Positions 25,218 through 34,561 of a stretch of 64,000 nt of DNA are shown here, piece by piece. Origin of the DNA: Macrostomum lignano. Its lineage: Eukaryota. The DNA lies in the NCBI GenBank assembly GCA_002269645.1, contig NIVC01002435.1:1-64000 (forward strand). Direction: 5' to 3'. The translations under genes and the position numbers were made by a program. A model generated the notes under the pieces. It ran no database searches. It had not been told where the DNA came from and saw nothing but the letters and a program-made list of their open reading frames with translations. Position 1 is the first letter of the stretch. Each line of letters begins with the position of its first letter.

Positions 25218-27066
25218 CTTGGCGCAGCTCTTGTAAGTCAGGTATAAGTTCTGTTGTAGGCTTTCTCATCTTGTCACTTCAACTCCCCTTTATATAGAAA
25301 GTCGAGCCTTCACCGTTTATCCAACAGCAAAAAAGGGTTTTGCGAAAATTTAGACAATGGCGTGACTAGCATTGCTCTAATTCGATACTTCAGGAAAGAC
25401 ACCTGCCTTTCTGTTCTCATCCTTCAGCTAACGGCTGATGAGCAAGTCATGCGAAGGGTGTTGAAGCTTTGAGAACCGTTTTTTCAACATATTTCGAATC
25501 AGCGCCGACAATTTAGAACTCTCGAGCACATTTGGAAAGACAGCTTAAACCAAAAATTATCTGTGTTTTAAAAAATTTTACAGTTGGCGCTGAAGAAGTG
25601 CTTTGGTGAGCAGCACAGCTTTATCCATTATTTAATCTATAACCATAGATACTCATCTATGGTTATATACCATCAGGGTTCTAACAAGGTTATTGATTTT
25701 CGGCTAGAGTTAGAAATAGGGATAGAACTAGTGAATGAAGAATGAGTGAATGAGTGAGCTTTTATTCCATGTAGTATCGCTCGATATTATCGCTCGAGCT
25801 CATTGCCCATTGCTCACGCTCTGTACACGTTTCTGCTCTACCGTAACTTTAATGTACACTTGCTGGTGTTTTAGCCCTTGGGTTGGGGTGGCTGCTATTG
25901 ATCAGCTTATATATATTCGTCTCGCATATTTTCTGCTCTTGACTTGCTTCTTTAACGGAAAGAGCTAGGGTAAGTATTGCGGTTAATGATTCGGACTACT
26001 AGTTACGGGAATTGGGGGAAACGGAAACCGTACGGGCAAACTTAGGGCGGCCCACTGGACTAGCCACACAACGCGATCCCGCGCGGTCGTTTCGAAGCCA
26101 CAGTCTCGTCAGCAGACTGACACATATGTAAACTAATGAAAATGCAATGCTCTTAATAGCTTGTGCAAGGATCGCTGTAGCATAATATACAGGAGCGTAA
26201 AACTCAAAGGGCCTTTTCATATTGCTTGCTCTGGTTCCAGAACCAGAACCAATTTGTGAAGTATAACTTTTTGTCTCCATAACTAGAGGGAAATACGTGC
26301 TATAAAGTTTTTATTATTGAATGACAATCGCCAAGAAGAAAGTGAAAAATTGTGCTAAGTTAGGTTGTTAAGGCAGTCAAATATTAACAGAGTTTAATAG
26401 TTATACTGCTGTTTTTCTTGGAATTCCGAACCGATTCTGGTTCTGGAATTGGTAATATTGTGGTAGCGGGGACTACCATCTGGTGAACGACTTGCGAAAT
26501 TTTGACTGGTTTAACTTACGTCACTGCCTCCCGGTGCCCCAGCCGTTGTCCCCACCCGTTGCCCCTTCTGCTGGTCCTGCGTTCCCGCCTTTGGCCCCTC
26601 CCGTTGGTGTCTTTTTACCCTTGCGTGGCCCTTTGTTTTTCTTACCTGAACCCGTTGGTCTTTTCTTTCCACTGTTTGCCCCATCGTTTGCCCCACCGGT
26701 TGCCCCATCGACTGCCCGGTTGTCCCATCCCCTGCCCCACTTGATGTACGCTACTATTTAAATAATCATTCTATGCGACGCTCATGCTAAATTTTTCCTC
26801 CCTGCTCCTTTCTCCGTGCCACGCTCGCTCTCCTTTTTGTGTTTTGTTAAATTAGTCCGTGTCACTTGAGTGCTAGCTAGTTCATCTATTTTAGTTTCTT
26901 ATCTACACCCCCGGCACTAAGCGCATCATCTTATCATTATAGTAATACCCATCGGCTCGACTTAACAACTTAGTTTTAAAATTGTGAATGCGCTCAAATT
27001 AACTTGTGTGCAAATATTAAAGTGACAACAATAATTTTCTTAAGTGTTATTTGACCGAAGCCTTCG

Positions 27067-27101
27067 CAAGGACTTCTAGACTTCTAGTCTAGAAGTCCTT
27101 G
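27067..27101. mobile_element. 35-bp perfect hairpin (16-bp inverted repeats, 3-nt spacer) flanked by an 8-bp direct repeat; hAT-like mini-element
   Basis: agccttcg | caaggacttctagact tct agtctagaagtccttg | agccttcg. Confidence 0.7.
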
Positions 27102-28890
27102 AGCCTTCGTAGTTTTATCTTGAGTAATTTGCCCGTGGGGCGTAAAACAACCGATCATCTCAACTCCAAACGAGCTCTGAGATCTTAACGTTCCGTAATA
27201 CGACCAAATTACGGTGGTGGCAGCAACTACCCTACTAACAGTAATCAGCTCTGCAAATCGACACATTACTTTCGGTGTCAGAATCTCCGGTGTCTACTAA
27301 CTGAACGACCGTGCCGCTCTAACGACCGCTCTGCTACGATTACAACTACCCTCCCCCCGGACTTGAGAACCCGGCTGTCGGAGTAAAACAGGAGAAAATT
27401 CGTTGTGATTCGTCTGCGCGACTTTCCGGATTTAATTCGCGCGAACTCAACGTCGTTCGGTTTCGAAGAAACCCAATTTTTCAAACCACACGCAACCAAT
27501 ATATTTTATTTTCTCCGCCCCACCTCAATATGAAAAGGCCCAAAGGTCGTGTAATTTCTTTGAGGTTAATTTCCTGGAAATATACCAACCTACACTATTG
27601 AGATAGGAAAAAATCATTTTTTTCATCACAAAATCTATAATTGCATTTGATCTGAGGCAGTGAAGATTAGGCCTACCATTTTTTTATTTAGCTTTTACAG
27701 CATGTTACTCTGCTCAGTCTGCTGCATTTTTTGCAGTGAAAGTTTCATCACATTGACACATTGTTTATTTTATTTTATAAGCCCAAGGCCAAGGCAAACT
27801 CTCAGTCTTCTTAAATCTCAAGTGGCATTAGCTGAAATTTTTGCTTTGTTCCTTCTTGAATAAAGCATATTTGTGCCACAGAAGATGCCAGACCTAATCA
27901 TTGAATGTTAATTTAGACATAGGCATAGGGGCCTATCTCTTATAATAGAATTATTAAAAAAGAAAAAACTAGGCTGTCATTGTCTGGCAAGTGGCAATCA
28001 AAGCCAAAGGGCATGCTTGGAGGGCCTCAACTGAAAAAATTGATGATATGATAAACAAAAAAATGTTTTTGTTCTAATTGGGGTTTTAAAAAGACACAGC
28101 TATATATTTATAATCTTAACTAGGCCCTCAATTTTTTTAAATTGCTTGTCTTTATCCTATATTTGTTTAAGTTAGCATAATTAACTATAACTAGGCCAGC
28201 AACTAGACAATAGTTTTATCTAGAAAGCATATTTGTTGCCCAATATATAATAATTAAAAAAAGATATATTTTTATTGGCTTATTATTTTATTTAATTAAT
28301 TAAAATAGGGTATAGGGCCTAGGGCCTAATGTATATTTTTATATTGTTTGCTATTCAATCAATAAAATAAGTTATATATTTTTTATTTCAATTTTCCATG
28401 TTTTCTTTGTTTTATTTATTTTATTACCTTATATTACTGAAGTAGGGGTGAAAAAAAAGTTTTCTTGGAATGGTTGGTTTTGAAGTTGGCTGACACCAGT
28501 GGGGTAGGGCTGGGGCAGATTCCATGTTTTGCTGATGTCGAGTTCACACGAATAAAACCAGAAAAAATTGCACAGTTGAATCTCAACGGGAAAACTTTCT
28601 CCTTTTACTCCAACAGCCAGGTTCTCAAGTCCAGTGAGAGGGTAGTCTTAATCATAGCAAAGCAGTCGTGTAGCGGCGCGGTCATTCAAAGCAATGAAAC
28701 ACCATAGATTTTGACACCATAGTTACATTGCGTTGATTTGCTGAGCTTGTTATTGTCAGTAGGGTAGTTGCTGCCACCACCGTAATTTATGTATTATGGA
28801 ACAAATAAGTCTCAGAGCTTTCTTTGAAATGAGAACTTTGGTTAGGCCTATTTTATGTCCCATGGGCAAAAGACTCAAAAAGATACTATG
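27100..28890. repeat. Pair of ~400-bp inverted repeats (27100-27490 and ~28480-28890) around an AT-rich ~1-kb spacer; probable non-autonomous DNA transposon
   Basis: The reverse complement of the left arm aligns with the right arm, e.g. shared ggttctcaagtcc and agtagggtagttgctgccaccaccgtaattt. Confidence 0.85.
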
Positions 28891-30009
28891 GCTTATAGAT
28901 CAACAAAAAATAGGGATTCAAAGTTTATTAAGCGTTGTTACTTATTTATTGATAAGCAGGCTAAAATTATTTGATGTTACTTTTGACGACAATGAAATTC
29001 GCAGGCGGCGCCTAGGTTCTGGAAAAAATAGAAATTAGATACGCTGAGTTTAAGGAGCAAACAGCAACAGAAAGGGAAAGGAAAACGAAACAAAAAACGC
29101 AAATAAAACATTTTCACGAAAATAAAAGGGGTTTGTATAGTGGAGAAAACAGGTCCACATATAGGAGCATCTAGTGGACAAAGCATTGGATATACATGGT
29201 TCACAAATTGGGTTGCATGCAAAAACCATTAGGAGAAACGCATTTCAACAAAACTTCCAGCATGAGGGCACGCATGTGCACTGCATGGACTAACTGTTGG
29301 AAAAACCTGTTGGACAAAGTCCAAACCAAGGAAAATAAAATGTAATTTTTTGTACATTGCGTGGACAGTCTTAGTGGAAATAGTTTTAGTTAGTCAGCGA
29401 TACTTGTTCAATCAAAGTGGCATCCACCTGCCACATTACACATATATAATTACATTTATGCCTAATACCTGACCAAGGTAAGTTGCAAAAATGCCAAACC
29501 ACAAAATAGTAAATGTAAAAAAGTGGAAAAGAAAAAGGGCAGAAAAGGAAAGAAAAAAAGAAACAAAAAGGAAAAAATAAAGAAAAATATAGGGAAAGAA
29601 GCAAAAACATACCATGTTATAGCTAGAGCCGGAGGCAACTAAATTGCATTTTTTGGCAAAACTAAATTGCATTAGCTAGGTAAAATTTTGAAGTTTGGCA
29701 TGCTTGTCTTTTTACATTCTCATTGTTTGTTCTTGGTTAATTTTTGTGATATACTTACATTGACGAAACCTTAAGTAACATATTATTCATATATAGTATA
29801 GGGTAGAGCCTAGATTTAACTCAAACAGGGCATAATATTATCAAGTATTTTTGGTAACTTGTCATATATCTACTTGTTTTTTTAGCAAAATATTATATAA
29901 TAAAGTAGGCCTATATATAGGAAGATAAATTATTAGGATTAAGATATTAATAATAATTAACAATACAAAACTCTTATATGTAAATAAATTCCTAGACAAT
30001 TATACTATA

Positions 30010-30864
30010 TATTTGAGTGAGCCAAAAGTTTCTAAAATCTTTTTGAATCCAACCTCAGTTAACTTTTGTATATGGAAAAGCTTAAAAGCAGCAACCATCT
30101 ACTATGTTGTTGGATAGCCTAATCATCATTCTTTAGCTTAGCATTGCTCAGTTTCACTTGACTTAGCTGCAAGGAGGCTCCGTGCATCCAGAAACAGCGA
30201 GGAGGCATTGCTGCCCATTTTGCTAACCCCTGGCGACCACGGGCAGCTAGTGCTATGGTGTCGCGCAGGGAGTTCTGGTGGCGCTGGCATCCTCAGCATG
30301 GTCCCCCTCCGGAGAGTCCAGGAGGTGGATTGTCACTCGCCCAGTAGCTGTCTGGCCCTATTTTCTGGTAGGTCATCCCACATGGCATGGCTGTAAACAC
30401 AGAGGTCATCTGCATGCAGCAAACCGGAGTAGGTTGCCCATTTGCTGAAATCTGTGTACCCGGGGCTCTGTGACAAGGTGTTTCTGTTTGACAATGCACA
30501 ACCTCACAAAGCAAGACTCACCTAGGCCAAGCTGGCAAGCATGGGCTTCAGTGTTTTATCCCACCCACTATACTTGCTAGACCTCTTGCCATGTGACTAC
30601 CACGTGTTTAGGTCCCTCTAGAGCTTTTGCAATAGACAGTGGTTCACCAACAAGCAACATGTAGAGCAGGCAGTGTAGAAATGGATAGATTCAAGGCCTG
30701 CAAGCTTCTAAAGGGAGGGGATTGAGGCATTGCCAGCAAGATGGGAAAGGGCCAGGGCCTTGAATGGCAACTACATCACATCACTGTAAACTGTTTTTTT
30801 TCTTGAGACTATTTGTTACAGTTTTCAAATGTTTAAATCCTAGAAACTTTTGGCTCACCTAATA
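30010..30864 (+). mobile_element. Internally deleted, heavily mutated mariner element
   Basis: TIRs tatttgagtgagccaaaagtttcta and tagaaacttttggctcacctaata, each with a flanking TA. Transposase C-terminus FDNAQPH...SHPLYLLDLLPCDYHVFRSL*...ALPARWER...NGNY with four premature stops. Confidence 0.9.
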
Positions 30865-30876
30865 TAATATGTAGTA

Positions 30877-32207
30877 CAAGGGGTGCGCAAAAAGTTTTGG
30901 CAACTGGGTTCCCAATTGCAGATAAATTGTTAGTAAATCTTAAAACGTTATTTAAGTCCTTCTATGTAATCTCCGCCACGTTCTATGCATTTCTGGTGAC
31001 GGCAGATCCATGCCTCAAAGGCAGCGCAGTACTCTGAAGCTGGCATGGTGTTCAGCTCTGAATTAATGTGGCGAGCCAGGTCTTGGGGCCGCTGAAAATG
31101 GCATCCAGCCATGCGTTCGGTCAGCTTTGGGAATGCCCAGAAGTCGCAGGGTGGCAAATCAGGACTGTACGGAGGGTGCGGTATCATTTTGAGCTTGTTA
31201 TCGGCCAAAAAGCTCGTTGTCATGGCCGCAGTGTGGCTGGAGGCATTGTCATGGTGCAAGTGATTTCTGCCACTTTGGAGGCGGGTTGGCTGCTTTTCCA
31301 TGACTGAAGCCACGACTTTAGGCAAAACCTCGCCAGTATAGAACGTGGCATTGACGTTCTGTCCATTTGGCACCATAACAACTGTCTCTGGCCCATTGAT
31401 GCTGAAAAAGACGACAAACATCTGCTTCCTTGAGTGAAACCCTGGGTGCAGAACAGTTGGACGGTCTTCATCGGAACCAATCCAAACCTTGTTTTGGTTC
31501 TTGTGAGGCACTTGGAAGTAGTAGAACCACTTCTCATCACCAGTCACGACATCAGTAAGTCATTTAGTGCCACCTTCGCCAAAGCATCACAGAAATTCTT
31601 GGCTGCATCAAACCCTCTCCTGCTTCTGCTCTGCTGTCAGTGCATGAGGTACCCAACGGGCCATGACCTTGTGGAGGCCAAGATAGTCATGCAAGATGGT
31701 TCAGACACTGCCATCAGAAATGCCGATTGTCTGGCTAAGTAGTGCAACAGTGATATTGCGATCTTCGTCCACCAGCTGTCGCACAGCAACAATGTTCTGC
31801 TCAGTCACGGATGTCATTGGCCTCCCAGAATGAGGGCTGTTGGTCATGGAGCATCGACCAGCACTGACCAATTCAATCCAACGGGCGACGGTGTGGTACG
31901 AAGGGGCTTGATCTGCTACAACTTGGACTAGCTCGGCATGAATTTTGGTAGCATTTTCTCCAAGCTGCGATCGCATGAAAACATAAAATCTCCACTGATC
32001 AGCAGTGATATTTTCCATTTGAAGGCTGAAAACGAGACTATATGTTAATCAAAATGCTCTAGGAAGCGAAAAAATCAATGCAATGAGCTGAAAATTTATG
32101 AACAAATGCAAAATATGGTCATATTTATGAAATTAAAAAATGACTACGTTTAAAGTTTTATTTAAAAAGTTATGAGCCAGTTGCCAAGACTTTTTGCACA
32201 CCCCTTG
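30877..32207 (-). mobile_element. Full-length mariner (DD34D) element, 1331 bp, with transposase at 32018-30948 inactivated by four in-frame TGA codons
   Basis: 31-bp TIRs caaggggtg(c/t)gcaaaaagt(t/c)ttggcaactgg with TA duplications. Motifs WVPHAL, VTGDEKW, HHDNASSH and HPPYSPDLPPCDFW are all in one frame. Confidence 0.97.
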
Positions 32208-33459
32208 TATGAAGCCAGCTATAAATATTATTGTTAATGCCATTGTGCTATGCATATAATTCTCAATCCTTTAGTCTGTTCACTAGACTTCCTCCCTAGT
32301 TTATCTAATAGACACCCCCTTAAAATATTAGTATAATATATAATGTATGTATGATCTGCATCCATAGAACAATAGAACATAGTGGGGACTATATATTAGA
32401 GGTAGGCCTATGATTTTGATTCTGAATCTATAATTTCTAGATTTTTAATTCCTAACATCCTAAAAAATCCTAGGATTATTAGGATCCCAATCTTATCCAA
32501 TCCCAAAATATTTGACATTGTCTCATCTATATATTAATTCATAGATAAATATTCTAATCTCATTCTTATATTTTCAAAAAATGATCAATCTAACCTCTAT
32601 AAGATATTGTCCTATCCCTAGCTAAGGAATGCAAAATTAATTATATAAGCTGTTGATCTGCCTTGAAGTATAGCAAACAATTTGTATTATAATTATCTAA
32701 AGAACAACATCTTTGTAGTTTATTTTAATAAGAAATACCTTTCAGTTAAAAAGAAATATCTTATCTTTTATCCCTACTAATTTAGAGCTATTTTAAGTGG
32801 TCTCTTTTATGATATAGTGTTTACATTGACATAAAATCTAATTTTAGATTATCACAAGATTTAAATCATGGAATATTTTATTAATGTGTTAAATATCATT
32901 AAATGTCATAAGATATGCTTTAAAACTCAAACTATAAATTTACATAGTGTTACTATTATTGGCATTTTAAATTTCAGACCATGATGCCAATGACATTATA
33001 ATTTAATGGCAATCTATAAAGGGGATATGATTTATGAATTTCAGTCATAGCCAATAAAAAATCTAGTTAAAGGTGCGCTAAGGACAAATACACCACCTTT
33101 AAAATGCATGAGCAAAAATGCAAACCTGACAGCCAAATAGTAAAGTCTCAAACTGTAATTATAGTGAATGCAAATATCAAGCAATACAATCTGTAAAGTC
33201 AAACATTTTGTCATTTGTCATTTCATGTAAATCACTGAGCCTGCTTCAGAAAATACAAAATTATTTACCATCAGTGGAGATGCTAATTGTAAGTGCTATT
33301 CCATATTTACATATAATTTACAATATTGCCATTGTGAACCTGCTTTGCACCAGAAATCTCAAACAAAAGCATATTGAGCTACTTATAGTAGTTCTCGTTA
33401 AGTTGAGCCAGCCCTAGCCTAGACTCCAATTCTCCAAAAACTGGCATTGCAATTCGCAG

Positions 33460-33910
33460 AAAAACCTCAGCCCGAATCCGGCCAACCCAGTCTACCTGGT
33501 GGAGTTCTGCAGCACCCGCCTGCTGCTGGACTGCCCGCTGGACTTTGGCCCCCTGCTGCGCTGCTGCCCCCGGCATCCGCTGCTTGTCGGCGAGGCATCG
33601 CATCAGCCAGCCGCCGAGGCGGAGGGCAAGGCGTGGCCAGGGGATTCCGCCAGGCCCGACGGTCTGGTGAGTTTGTGGAGCTTTGACTGTCAGGCTTAAA
33701 TGCAGCTATAGAGCTGATGGTTTCCTTAATGGTAAAAATGCTATGCAAGTATTTAGCTTTTTTGTCAGAACATCGTGGGTGCCAGTTGGTAACCAGAGTA
33801 AGCAGTGGCGATAAAAATGTAGCGGTAGTAGTAGTAGTAGTGGTAGTAGTAGCAGCAGTAGTAGTAGTAGCAGTAGTAGTAGTAGCAGTAGTAGTAGCAG
33901 CAGTAGTAGC

Positions 33911-33950
<40 letters not shown>

Positions 33951-34016
33951 AGTAGTAGTAGTAGTGGTAGTAGTAGTTGTAGTAGCAGTAGTAGTAGTAG
34001 CAGTAGTAGTTGTAGC

Positions 34017-34081
<65 letters not shown>

Positions 34082-34082
34082 C

Positions 34083-34114
<32 letters not shown>

Positions 34115-34145
34115 CAGTAGTAGTAGTAGTAGTAGTAGTAGTAGC

Positions 34146-34180
<35 letters not shown>

Positions 34181-34181
34181 C

Positions 34182-34214
<33 letters not shown>

Positions 34215-34379
34215 TGTAGTAGTATTATTAGTGGTAGTAGTAGTTTTAGTAGCAGTAGTAGTAGTAGTAGCAGCAGTAGTAGTGGTAGTAGTAGTATTAT
34301 TAGTGGTAGTAGTAGTTTTAGTAGCAGTAGTAGTAGTAGCAGTAGTAGTAGTAGCAGTAGTAGTAGCAGCAGTAGTAGC

Positions 34380-34425
<46 letters not shown>

Positions 34426-34491
34426 AGTAGTAGTAGTAGTGGTAGTAGTAGTTGTAGTAGCAGTAGTAGTAGTAGCAGTAGTAGTTGTAGC

Positions 34492-34561
<70 letters not shown>

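Noticed and set aside
25999-26280. 93-aa minus-strand ORF (METKSYT...)
   Set aside because: No recognisable family. Probably non-coding repeat-derived sequence.
31560-31703. Selenocysteine or TGA recoding in the mariner transposase
   Set aside because: The positions suit Arg rather than Cys, no SECIS is evident, and CGA>TGA deamination explains all four.
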